Part shown: piece by piece, positions 8,227 through 17,555 of the stretch
Layout of the letters: every line of letters starts with the position of its first letter
Numbering within the stretch: the first letter of the stretch is position 1
IMG/VR virus record: IMGVR_UViG_3300031364_000001
Location: 1,007-65,006 of that record
Direction: 5' to 3' (one strand)
DNA from: a virus
Taxonomy: Duplodnaviria; Caudoviricetes
Length of the DNA: 64,000 nt
The notes under the pieces: generated by a model
What the model was told of the DNA's origin: nothing
The model's database searches: none
Seen by the model: only the letters and a program-made list of their open reading frames with translations
Program-made: the position numbers and the translations under genes

Positions 8227-8637
8227 ATGATTTTGATTGGTGGAAAAAAATTACAACAACTTGGATCAGACAGACATACAGATGATATTGATTTTATGAT
8301 TTATGATAAAAATAATAAAGAATTATTTATCCAAAAAAAAGACATGGATATAATAAATACTGCTAATAATAATTTCTATTCTGAAATATGGTTTAATGAA
8401 ATAATAGAAAATGAAATAACAATAAATGGCTTATTGTTAACTTGTTGTTATGCTTTTATTCAACATTGTCAAAATTTTAATTTTAAAAAGGCAGATGCAA
8501 AAGAATATGATATTAGATTTCTTGTTAGATTAATGAATGAAAAAAAAGAAAATATTAATTTAACAATTTTAAAAAATAATGTGCATAGCGGAGAATTTGA
8601 AGAAATTCAAAAAATTATAAACTCCGTTAAAATATAA
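8227..8637 (+). CDS. minimal nucleotidyltransferase (AbiEii/MenT-like motif)
   Basis: MILIGG......G..R.TDDIDF and C-terminal K..YDI. Confidence 0.6.
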   Translation: MILIGGKKLQQLGSDRHTDDIDFMIYDKNNKELFIQKKDMDIINTANNNFYSEIWFNEIIENEITINGLLLTCCYAFIQHCQNFNFKKADAKEYDIRFLVRLMNEKKENINLTILKNNVHSGEFEEIQKIINSVKI

Positions 8638-8650
8638 AAGGAGGTCAGCG

Positions 8651-9517
8651 ATGACAAAATTAACAAAAGGGATGTATAATGCAACTCAAGAAATTTGGGA
8701 CATTAAAAAAAGTAAAAAAGAAGAATTCTTAAAATATTTTGATTATAAAGAATATTTTAAGAATCTTAATGAAACAAAAGATTTTTTATTAATTGAAAAA
8801 TCAGAAATTAATGAAAAAAGAAAAGAACGAAGAGAAAGAAACTACCAATTTGAAAAAATTGATTATTCAAAAAAACTTATTGAAAAAAAAGAAACACTTT
8901 TTACAGAACTTTTTGAAACTTATAACTGTTATAATAATGGACAAAAAATTTCTCATGCAGAAATTGAAGGAATCACAAAAAACGTCCATGAAAATTATGA
9001 TTATAATTATTATTCAAAATCATATGGACATCCAAAAAAATGGACATCTTCAACTATCATATTTGATGTTACAAAAATAAAATTATCAGAAAGAGAATTG
9101 ATAAAAATTGATAATATTATTAATATCGAAATATTATCAAAAAAGAAATTTAGTAACATTACATTTCTTCATACACGATCCGCGAAATTAAACAAACATA
9201 AAAAATTTGATATTGTAAATTATTATATAGTTTATGATGGTTCTTATGCATATCATTCAGAAAAATCTATAAAACATGCTTTTGCAGGATATCAAAGAAA
9301 AATAAAAACTCTTGTAATTAAAGAAACGGGATTAACACTTGATACTGAAATAACAAGAACATTATATGCAAAACTTACAGGTGCATGTAAAGCGGGCATA
9401 AAAGAATTTTGTATAAAAAATGGTTTAGAAAATAAAAAGAAAATGAAACTTTCTGAATTATTACCTTTTATAAAAAATGAATATGGTTACGAAAAAATAA
9501 TAGCTTTATTAAATTAA
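8651..9517 (+). CDS. hypothetical phage protein
   Basis: GGAGGTCAGCG-ATG leader; C-terminal LTGAC..G...F...YG motif recalled from other phages. Confidence 0.65.
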   Translation: MTKLTKGMYNATQEIWDIKKSKKEEFLKYFDYKEYFKNLNETKDFLLIEKSEINEKRKERRERNYQFEKIDYSKKLIEKKETLFTELFETYNCYNNGQKISHAEIEGITKNVHENYDYNYYSKSYGHPKKWTSSTIIFDVTKIKLSERELIKIDNIINIEILSKKKFSNITFLHTRSAKLNKHKKFDIVNYYIVYDGSYAYHSEKSIKHAFAGYQRKIKTLVIKETGLTLDTEITRTLYAKLTGACKAGIKEFCIKNGLENKKKMKLSELLPFIKNEYGYEKIIALLN

Positions 9518-9522
9518 TTTAT

Positions 9523-9590
9523 GGGAGTTCAGATATAACGTTGTTTGTCTGATCTCCTTAATAAGCGAGGTTGAAACATACCTCGTTTTT
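9523..9590 (+). terminator. tandem hairpins / intrinsic terminator
   Basis: GGAG.TCAGA.../TCTGATCTCC followed by CGAGGT...ACCTCG-TTTTT. Confidence 0.5.
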
Positions 9591-9609
9591 ATATAAAAGG
9601 AGCTTATAT

Positions 9610-10251
9610 ATGTATAATAAATCTAATATATTTAAAAATGCTTGGTTTATTTACAATTATAGATTAAAAAAATTATCTCATTATTCTTTTGGTAGAGCAT
9701 TAAAATTAGCATGGAGAAAAGAAAAAGAAAAAATATATAATAATGCATATAAAATAATAAATAAAGTTAGTTGGTATTATAGTATTAAATATAAAGTAGA
9801 TTATGACGACATATATTCTTATTGTAATGAATTATTATTACAGATAATGAAAAAATATAAATCTTCTATTGGTACTTTTGAAGGATTTTTATTTAAACAA
9901 TTAAATTTTTATGCCTCTAATTATTGTAAAAAGGAAAAATTAAGAAAAGAGCATGATTTTATTTTACAATTTAATTTACCTATTATTTATGAAAATATAT
10001 ATAAAGAAAAAGAAAATATCAGCGAGTTAGCTGAACAAATTATAAATTATTGTATAGATAAAAATATTAATTCTAAAATGATTTATCAAAAAATTAAATA
10101 TAAAAATAAAATTTATAATTATGCTTTAAATTTAGAAAAAATAACTCAAAAAAATATTAAAGAATATTTTAAAAATTTAGGATATTCTTTAAATGATATT
10201 TTAAATGCTTTTAGAGAAATTAAATTTTTATTAAAGGAGGGAATGATATGA
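9610..10251 (+). CDS. sigma-factor-like transcription regulator
   Basis: Region-2-like DYDDIYSYC...IMKKY....GTFEGFL; N-terminal NIFKNAW..SF..ALKLAW; start re-called after AAGGAG. Confidence 0.5.
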   Translation: MYNKSNIFKNAWFIYNYRLKKLSHYSFGRALKLAWRKEKEKIYNNAYKIINKVSWYYSIKYKVDYDDIYSYCNELLLQIMKKYKSSIGTFEGFLFKQLNFYASNYCKKEKLRKEHDFILQFNLPIIYENIYKEKENISELAEQIINYCIDKNINSKMIYQKIKYKNKIYNYALNLEKITQKNIKEYFKNLGYSLNDILNAFREIKFLLKEGMI

Positions 10252-10453
10252 CGGAAAAAATAAATGATAGTAAAATTATAGATGAAGAAATTTATGGAGA
10301 ATTTAATCATTTAAAAAAACGTCTATTAAAAATAAATAAAGAAACAGAAAAAGCATTAAAAGAAATCGATTTTATTTGTAAAAATAATTTTAAATAAATT
10401 TATTTATTTTTATATAAAAAATATTATAATATAGTATATTATGATTAATTATA

Positions 10454-10567
10454 ATAGTTGCTATGTGGCGGAATAGAGACGTTGTCGAAAAACAATAATA
10501 GTAATTAGCTTGTTAAGAGATCAAGAATAAAAAATCTGTAAGAATCGAATCTTACCATAGCAACTAT
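10454..10567 (+). ncRNA. tRNA-scaffold RNA (copy 1)
   Basis: 12-bp terminal stem ATAGTTGCTATG/CATAGCAACTAT, D-arm-like TGGCGGAATAGAGACG, T-arm-like GTAAGAATCGAATCTTAC. Confidence 0.7.
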
Positions 10568-10618
10568 ATATTTATATGATGGATTTTTTCTACAAGCGGA
10601 AAGCAAGGGGGCGAAGTA

Positions 10619-10945
10619 ATGAAGATAGGTGATAAAGTAATAATTAAACAATTATCAAGAAAAAAATTTTCAACAATGCAGAATAAATTATGGTTTTGTT
10701 CTTATGAAGATTATTTAGAACGTAGAAAAAAGTTTTTTAATAAAATTGGAAAAATAATTTATATTTCTAGATTAGAACCAAATTTTAAGGTTAAAGTAAA
10801 AAGAGTAAAAGAATGCAAACATTTTTATAAAAAAGAATTGGTATTATTAAAAAATAAAATTACAGAAAAACAATTAAAAAAATATGGGAAATATGAGATT
10901 TATGTTTTTCAAAATAAGGAATGTTTTTTTATAAAAAAGATTTGA
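10619..10945 (+). CDS. hypothetical protein (KOW-like N-terminus)
   Basis: MKIGDKVII. Confidence 0.55.
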   Translation: MKIGDKVIIKQLSRKKFSTMQNKLWFCSYEDYLERRKKFFNKIGKIIYISRLEPNFKVKVKRVKECKHFYKKELVLLKNKITEKQLKKYGKYEIYVFQNKECFFIKKI

Positions 10946-11012
10946 TTATACAAATAGAAATAATTTCAAAAAATAATGAAATTAGTATAGCTTATTTTTA
11001 TGGCGGGTAATA

Positions 11013-12092
11013 ATGATAAATTCAAAATTTGAAGTATCTGATAGACAAAAAACAGTAGAACAGCAAAGGGATGATATTCAAAAAGTTTATAATTTTTGTA
11101 AACATTATTTTAAACAATATCATAAATTTCCTAAATTAATAAAAATATCTAATGCTACTGAATTAAATAACGAGCAAATAAAACTTATTTTAAAATTTCT
11201 TATAAGTAAAAATTATTTAAAAATATATGGTAATAATTATTATTTTCCTGAACAAAAAATAAGTAGAAAAAAGAAAATAATAAAAAAAGAAGAATCTAAA
11301 AAAGAAATAAAAAAAATACATATAACTTTTGATAGATTTATTGAAATAATTCAAACTATATTTACAGGTATTATTTCTACTATTGGTAATTTGTTTACTG
11401 TAATTACAGGAGTTTTTTTATCTACTTATTTTACTTATATTTGGTTTATTGATTATTTTGATGGTTTAATTCCAATTATTTTAAGTATGTTTATTGTATT
11501 TGGTAGTTTAATTTCTTATCAAAATTATAAAAAACAAAATAAAAAACGATATTTTGTATTTTGGATAATAATAATTTCCTTTAGTATTGTTACTGGAATT
11601 TCAGGACAACTAAATAAAGGGATAGAAAAAAAAATAATATTAGAGGAAACTAATGTTAATGCTAATAATAAAACTTTATTATTTAATGATTATAGTAATA
11701 GAATAAAAGATATTAAAATAGAAATAGAAAGTGTAAGAAAAGAAAGAGAAAAATTACAAGAATTTTTATCTAATACTTCTTTTGATAATACTGATGATAA
11801 AAAAGAATATAAAGATATTAATTATAGAATTTATTTAAAAAATAATGATTTGAATAAATTAAGAGATGAATTAACTAAATTAGAAAAAGAAAAAGAAAAT
11901 TTATTAAAAGAAGATGTTAAATTAAATATAACTGAAAAAATAGATTTTTTTACATGGTTAAATTCTTTTACTAATATAAATGCAGATTGGTTTAAATTAC
12001 TTTTATATACTTTATTGGCTATATTTGCAGATATTTTACCACCAGTAAATTTAAGTAATTTATTAGTATATTATAAAAGGAAAATAAAATGA
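11013..12092 (+). CDS. membrane protein with N-terminal HTH-like region and coiled coil
   Basis: Several hydrophobic segments flanking a long coiled coil. Confidence 0.65.
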   Translation: MINSKFEVSDRQKTVEQQRDDIQKVYNFCKHYFKQYHKFPKLIKISNATELNNEQIKLILKFLISKNYLKIYGNNYYFPEQKISRKKKIIKKEESKKEIKKIHITFDRFIEIIQTIFTGIISTIGNLFTVITGVFLSTYFTYIWFIDYFDGLIPIILSMFIVFGSLISYQNYKKQNKKRYFVFWIIIISFSIVTGISGQLNKGIEKKIILEETNVNANNKTLLFNDYSNRIKDIKIEIESVRKEREKLQEFLSNTSFDNTDDKKEYKDINYRIYLKNNDLNKLRDELTKLEKEKENLLKEDVKLNITEKIDFFTWLNSFTNINADWFKLLLYTLLAIFADILPPVNLSNLLVYYKRKIK

Positions 12093-12286
12093 ATATATTA
12101 TATTTTTTAATATTATACTTTATTTTTTCTATATTATTTATTATAATATTATGTAAAACTTTTTTTAATAAAAAAAATGAAATACATTCTTGTAAAGATT
12201 GTGATTTTTTAAAAAATAATTATTGTTTATATCTAAATAAAAAAATTAAAAATATAAATAAATTAAATTGTATAAAGGAGGAATAA
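12089..12286 (+). CDS. small membrane-anchored Cys-rich protein
   Basis: N-terminal TM segment; CKDC...C. Confidence 0.55.
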   Translation: MNILYFLILYFIFSILFIIILCKTFFNKKNEIHSCKDCDFLKNNYCLYLNKKIKNINKLNCIKEE

Positions 12287-12976
12287 ATGAAAAAATTATT
12301 ACTTTTTATTTTATTTTTTATTTTATGTTGTTGTCAAAATCCTATTATTAACAAAACAGAAAAAGAAATTTTAATTAAAGAAATTACGAAAAAAGACAAT
12401 ATGACTATTGTTGATAAAAAATTTTATCCAATAGAAGAACCTTTAGTAATTAAATTTAAAAAATTTCTACCTAAAGGAAGCTTATACGCAGGTCAAGGTA
12501 ATGGTTATAAAGATGTACCCTTAGAGCAAGTACAAACTGATAAGCAAAATGGTAAAAGATATTGGGAAAATTCTTATACTCTAACTTCTGATATAGAAAC
12601 TTTTGATTTAAGTTCTATTTTAGGGGGCAATCATAAAGCTTATAAAATTAGAGTATATTGTGTAATTACTGATTATGGATTAGTAGAAAATTATTCTAAT
12701 GCTATTGGGGGGATTGATACTCCTGCCGTAATACATTTTTCAACACCAGGAAGTAATCTAACACCAAGTACATTAACACAAAGATATAATGACACTTATT
12801 ATAATTGGGTAGATATAATAACAAATGAAGATCAAGAAATTAATGCCTGTATAGATATTACAGAGCCTTATGATGCTATTACCGATAATGCTAATCCTGG
12901 AGTTCATGTATATAAATGGATAGAAATTGAATTAAGAGTATATGCAAAAGGTGAAGAAGTTACTTTTATAGAATAA
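12287..12976 (+). CDS. putative lipoprotein
   Basis: MKK + hydrophobic stretch + CCC signal; GGAGG RBS. Confidence 0.65.
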   Translation: MKKLLLFILFFILCCCQNPIINKTEKEILIKEITKKDNMTIVDKKFYPIEEPLVIKFKKFLPKGSLYAGQGNGYKDVPLEQVQTDKQNGKRYWENSYTLTSDIETFDLSSILGGNHKAYKIRVYCVITDYGLVENYSNAIGGIDTPAVIHFSTPGSNLTPSTLTQRYNDTYYNWVDIITNEDQEINACIDITEPYDAITDNANPGVHVYKWIEIELRVYAKGEEVTFIE

Positions 12977-12982
12977 AATAAT

Positions 12983-13012
12983 AATAGAGTAGATATATAT
13001 ATCTACTCTATT
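12983..13012. terminator. perfect 30-bp palindrome, probable bidirectional terminator
   Basis: AATAGAGTAGATATA/TATATCTACTCTATT at a convergent gene junction. Confidence 0.65.
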
Positions 13013-13247
13013 TAAAAAAAGCTAAAAATACAGCTAATAAACCGTTGCCAATTGCAATTATTATAGTTATTATATGTGCTAATGATGTTCTTTTTTTATC
13101 TTTCTTATCTTTCTTATCTTGTTTACAATTATTAATAAATATTTCATGAGGTACTATATATTTTTCCATTGCTTTATCAAATTTTTCATCTAATTTATCT
13201 ATTTTTGTTTCCACTCTTTGTAATATTTCTGATTCTATTTTTGTCAT
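13008..13247 (-). CDS. holin/XhlA-like small membrane protein
   Basis: N-terminal coiled coil, C-terminal TM, end of the tail operon. Confidence 0.5.
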   Translation of the reverse strand: MTKIESEILQRVETKIDKLDEKFDKAMEKYIVPHEIFINNCKQDKKDKKDKKRTSLAHIITIIIAIGNGLLAVFLAFFK

Positions 13248-13250
13248 AAT

Positions 13251-13625
13251 TTATACCTCTATTAGATCAAGTTCTTCTTGTATCATTGCTTTTTCAATAT
13301 CATCAAATATTTTTTTATAGTTATTTTTTGCTTCTTCTTTACCAAATACAAAATCCGGATCATTTTTAGATTTTAATAATAATTCATTTTTAAATTTTTC
13401 TTTATTTTCTTTAAATATTATTTCTGTTGTTTTTTTAATTATTATTTTATTTTCAATATCATAAACTGCATTATATTTAATATTATCAATAATTTCTGGA
13501 TAATTTTTTTTTGTTAAAATAAATGTATTATCATTTAATTCTAATTCTTCTCCTGAAATAGATAATATTTTTCTTAAATTAATATTATCTAAATATGGCT
13601 TATTATCAATTTTTATATATGTCAT
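13251..13625 (-). CDS. putative tail fiber assembly protein
   Basis: Position downstream of the tail fiber. Confidence 0.4.
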   Translation of the reverse strand: MTYIKIDNKPYLDNINLRKILSISGEELELNDNTFILTKKNYPEIIDNIKYNAVYDIENKIIIKKTTEIIFKENKEKFKNELLLKSKNDPDFVFGKEEAKNNYKKIFDDIEKAMIQEELDLIEV

Positions 13626-13637
13626 TTTTTCTCTCCT

Positions 13638-15068
13638 TTATGCTTTAAATTGTAATTGCTGATTAATATACCAATCCTGTGTGGTAATATCTATTGCAAT
13701 TGCATTATCTTGCGTATATGTAATACCCCCGCCATTTGTTTGTCTTTTTATTGAATTTAAATCCACCTGAAATATGGTTTCTCCTCTTGACGCAGCTGTT
13801 GCTGACCCACAAAGCGGAATAAAAGAATTATTGTCTGTGCCGTCTGTAGAAATAGAATATTTATATTCTATATCAATAATATTTATTCCAAAATTATGAT
13901 AAAAATTATAATCAACGTTTTTTGATGCCCCTGTTCCTTCATCTACATCTGCTGTATCAGAATTTGCAGCCGTTAATGTTGCCCCGTCTGTGAAAACACC
14001 TGTTCCACCCGTAATATTATAAAAATATAATGTTCCTGCAGCGCCTGTGCCACCTGAATCATAAATACAAGTTACAGTAGTTGTACCATCAGAAAAGGTC
14101 ATGCCCGACCAATCTACTGCTGCTGATTTATTATCATATGTTACACCATTTCCCATTTCTACACCTGTATAATCATTTCTGTTTTGATATCCTATTGTTA
14201 ATATTGTCATCCCCGACATTTTCCAATCAATCCCATTATTGAAATATCTGAATCCATCACCTTTTGAATAAATTGGATTTCCAGATATTTGCCGTCCTTT
14301 ATATCTTACTTTTTCACTACCTTCGGCATCAACCCAAACAAGACCTTCATTTGTGGCTTCATGTTCTATATCATACCACTTTCCAATATTATCGGCTATT
14401 GTTGGAAGTGTAATTGTAATAACTCCATATTGTGCCGCTGTATTACATTTAACTAATATTTTTGTACCTGATATTATTGTATCTGCAATAACATAATCAG
14501 CAGTAACTTCAATAATTCCTTGTGCTGGTTTTGCTAATCCAGTCCAATCTGCACTAGAAGCAGTTCCAGTAGCAATATAAATATTATTATTTGAACTATC
14601 TATAAAAGTTTGTCCTAAAAATGTTGGGGTGATCGTAGGTGCTGCTGTTCCCGTTAGTGTATAAGTAGAAAAAGTTCGTTTCACCCATGAAGCACCATTC
14701 CAAATAAATGTAATTTCTGATCCAGGATATAATATTTCTAAATTTGGTAATCCTATTACATTTGCACTTGATCCAGATTCATTTCTGATTATAATTTCTT
14801 TTGCATCTCCAAAACTTCCAGGAAATGTCATTGTACAATTTCCAGCAATTGTACAAATTAATAATTGTTTTCTAATAGTTGTACTAATTACATGAGTTGC
14901 CCCTGTTATTGCTACTACAAGCGGAGAATAATCAGATAATGTTTGTACATATTCTGCAATTTTTGCTTGTGAAACTGATTTATCTGTTGTAGATTGTCTA
15001 CAATGTATAATATCTGCCGGTGCAACTACTGTGGTTATTGGTAGATCGGTAATTGTGCGGTTAGCCAT
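13638..15068 (-). CDS. tail fiber protein
   Basis: MANRTITDLP N-terminus; Thr/Gly-rich repeated beta modules; follows baseplate genes. Confidence 0.8.
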   Translation of the reverse strand: MANRTITDLPITTVVAPADIIHCRQSTTDKSVSQAKIAEYVQTLSDYSPLVVAITGATHVISTTIRKQLLICTIAGNCTMTFPGSFGDAKEIIIRNESGSSANVIGLPNLEILYPGSEITFIWNGASWVKRTFSTYTLTGTAAPTITPTFLGQTFIDSSNNNIYIATGTASSADWTGLAKPAQGIIEVTADYVIADTIISGTKILVKCNTAAQYGVITITLPTIADNIGKWYDIEHEATNEGLVWVDAEGSEKVRYKGRQISGNPIYSKGDGFRYFNNGIDWKMSGMTILTIGYQNRNDYTGVEMGNGVTYDNKSAAVDWSGMTFSDGTTTVTCIYDSGGTGAAGTLYFYNITGGTGVFTDGATLTAANSDTADVDEGTGASKNVDYNFYHNFGINIIDIEYKYSISTDGTDNNSFIPLCGSATAASRGETIFQVDLNSIKRQTNGGGITYTQDNAIAIDITTQDWYINQQLQFKA

Positions 15069-15086
15069 TTTGTCCTCCTAAATTTT

Positions 15087-15701
15087 TTAAGTTACTATCA
15101 TAAATTCGCCATCATCTAATTCTACAAATCCGCCATCATCAAGAATTAAATTATAAGCGATTAAAAGCCCTACTCCTGCTGGCAATACTTGATATAATAA
15201 ATCTTCTGCAATATCATCAGGTAGCCATAATATCATTGTACCACCATCATCAAGTTCCATTAAAAATCCATCATCAAGTTCTAAATCATATTCAAGATAT
15301 AATCCGATATCTCCATCTTGCCATAATTGTATTTTTGCAGGGTATACTCCAACTAATTGTACATCCGTAGCATTATAAAGACTTATTGCAGTTTTTATAA
15401 TAGCTTCTGGAGTTCCAGAACTGAAATTAATTTCTGCTTTTATTTTTAATAATGTTCTGTATGCTTCATCCATCCTGCCCTGTCTTTCTAATCCTAATAT
15501 TTTACCAATAATATCTAAGGTTATTCCTTCTCCGTTTTCAATATCAAATTCTGTTATAAGTTCAAATATGGCTTGTTCTATTTTATTACATTCATTTGCA
15601 AAAGCTTCTTGCCATAGTACAAAATTTGGCTTTTCTTTATATTGCTGTAAGAGTAAAGTATTAAAATCTTTATAATCAATATTTTGCACTATTTCAATCA
15701 T
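15087..15701 (-). CDS. baseplate wedge protein (DUF2612-like)
   Basis: QQYK...G.TLDIIGKILG..R...DEAYR.LLK.K...GT...PAGV. Confidence 0.8.
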   Translation of the reverse strand: MIEIVQNIDYKDFNTLLLQQYKEKPNFVLWQEAFANECNKIEQAIFELITEFDIENGEGITLDIIGKILGLERQGRMDEAYRTLLKIKAEINFSSGTPEAIIKTAISLYNATDVQLVGVYPAKIQLWQDGDIGLYLEYDLELDDGFLMELDDGGTMILWLPDDIAEDLLYQVLPAGVGLLIAYNLILDDGGFVELDDGEFMIVT

Positions 15702-15713
15702 TTATATTTCTCC

Positions 15714-17174
15714 TTATGGTTTTAATGTTACATCAATTCTGTCAGTAGAAAAAATTGCAATTTGCCTGTCTGATATTGTTACATTTGTTGCTGATGGAGT
15801 ATACGGAGTAAATGGTAACGCGGTATCACTATCTAATAATATTTCAACTTCATCTATTCCAGGAATTTCATATACTGGTACTATTAATCTTTGTCTAATT
15901 ACATCTACTCCTACTGTTATATTAGTTGTGAGCAGACTCCAAGCAATTATTGCTTCTTTAATTAATTCATCACCATTTGCAGGATAATTTTCTTCCGTAT
16001 TAAAATTTCTTTGAACTTCTACATAAATATATACGTCTTCAGGTCTCGAAAATTCAATAACTTGGTCATGTCCTAAACTATCTTGGATTGTAATTCCTGC
16101 TCCCCCATTTACATTACCAAAAGTTTCAATTCCTGCTGGCATTCTAGTCCATATCTCTTGTGCTACATCTGCATCAGTGCCACCAGAAACTACTACTTCA
16201 AAACTATGTTCTGGTCTACCTTCTCCATCAACTGCATCTGTTCTATTTGAAAAGACATTACAAGTTATTACACTAGCAACGTTATTAAGTATTGCTGATC
16301 TAATACTTTCATCTGTTGCATTACCCGAAATGATTGCTTGCTCTCTTCTAATTCTAAATTCTTCATCCGTTTCAACTTCACGTCCGGTAGTACCAGCTGA
16401 TAAATTTTCTACACTATCCCAACCACTTACAGGAGTTACTATTTCAGTTAATGAATTTGCAGGAAGTATTTGAGTTCCGATAGTATCACAAGTAAAATTT
16501 CCACCTGAAGCTAATGTTACAATTTCCAAATCTCCTGTAACATCAAAATTAAAATCCAAATCAGCATCTAATAATGTTAATTGTTCGGAAGCTACTGAGG
16601 CAGTTCCTAACCAAGTACCTGCTGTTATAAGAGTTTCAATTTCATCTAATACATCTGTTATAGAATCTCCACCATTTGCAACATAATCATAATTAGTAGA
16701 ATCTATTGTTACTCTATAAGTATTTCCAGGAGTTAATGTAGTGATTTCTATTACTCCTTTTCTTGCAGCAACTTTCGAGATTGTTATAGTTTCATTGAGT
16801 TCAAAATTAACAATAGCAGAAGATTTTTTAGCTTTTTTGCTCGCTAAAATTATAGTTCCTTCATCTCCATATAATAGAACATTAGTAACTGCTGTATATG
16901 TGGCAGGAAGTCTAGTAATAGCATTTTCAATAGCAATATTATCTAAACTAACACCGGTTGCTTGATCTGGATTTCTACAATTATATGTTTCTTCCAATGC
17001 ATCCCAAAGTTCAGAAAGCATTTTGGATTTTAATCCAATATCTTGTCCAAATGCTCCAGATTCATCAAGATCAATATCATTACCCCAAATTTGTTTATAA
17101 GAAGTTTCCAAATTAGTTTTTATTTCTGCTAATGTTGGTTTTACAAAACCTGCATTGGTTATATATGCCCCCAT
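15714..17174 (-). CDS. baseplate J-like protein
   Basis: PDQATGVSLD, G.EVETDEEFR.R, PEHSFEVVV.GG. Confidence 0.9.
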   Translation of the reverse strand: MGAYITNAGFVKPTLAEIKTNLETSYKQIWGNDIDLDESGAFGQDIGLKSKMLSELWDALEETYNCRNPDQATGVSLDNIAIENAITRLPATYTAVTNVLLYGDEGTIILASKKAKKSSAIVNFELNETITISKVAARKGVIEITTLTPGNTYRVTIDSTNYDYVANGGDSITDVLDEIETLITAGTWLGTASVASEQLTLLDADLDFNFDVTGDLEIVTLASGGNFTCDTIGTQILPANSLTEIVTPVSGWDSVENLSAGTTGREVETDEEFRIRREQAIISGNATDESIRSAILNNVASVITCNVFSNRTDAVDGEGRPEHSFEVVVSGGTDADVAQEIWTRMPAGIETFGNVNGGAGITIQDSLGHDQVIEFSRPEDVYIYVEVQRNFNTEENYPANGDELIKEAIIAWSLLTTNITVGVDVIRQRLIVPVYEIPGIDEVEILLDSDTALPFTPYTPSATNVTISDRQIAIFSTDRIDVTLKP

Positions 17175-17186
17175 AATATCTCCTTA

Positions 17187-17555
17187 TTATATTGAATAAG
17201 TTCCTTCTACTGTTTCTCCATCATTTGCTTTTACATTAAATTCTACAGAAAAAGTTCTTAATGCAGAATCATAAACAGTTTCAAATTTTATAATTTCTAT
17301 AATTTCATCTATCAATTTTATTTGCCTTAATAATATTGTATTTATTAAATTTAAATCTGGATTTTTAGTAAATATTTTTTCAAAATATGGAATACCACCT
17401 TCAAAATTTAAAAACCATTCTCCATAAAAATAAGACAATAAGTTTTCTATTTTCTGACTTACAAATTCAGTTAATGTACTTGTAAGTCTTAAATTTTTAT
17501 CTGTTGTAAGAGTTAAATCTTTAGTTGTTTCATCTAAATATAAATTTTTACTCAT
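17187..17555 (-). CDS. baseplate wedge / sheath initiator (gp25-like)
   Basis: Q.I...L..FYGEWFL...GIPY. Confidence 0.8.
   Translation of the reverse strand: MSKNLYLDETTKDLTLTTDKNLRLTSTLTEFVSQKIENLLSYFYGEWFLNFEGGIPYFEKIFTKNPDLNLINTILLRQIKLIDEIIEIIKFETVYDSALRTFSVEFNVKANDGETVEGTYSI

Noticed and set aside
10485-10494. TCGAAAAACA in scaffold copy 1 is antisense to the tail frameshift site (22395-22404)
   Set aside because: A 10-nt, mostly A/T match is plausible by chance in 64 kb of AT-rich DNA
10454-10567. Canonical tRNA or tmRNA gene
   Set aside because: No proper anticodon arm, no CCA, over-long acceptor stem, 8-nt T loop, and too short for tmRNA
16177-16965. Plus-strand ORFs antisense to structural genes (also 17560, 20830, 29988, 32295, 34264, 56301, 61430, 62639 and similar)
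   Set aside because: Shadow ORFs of well-supported minus-strand genes, with no RBS or motifs noticed
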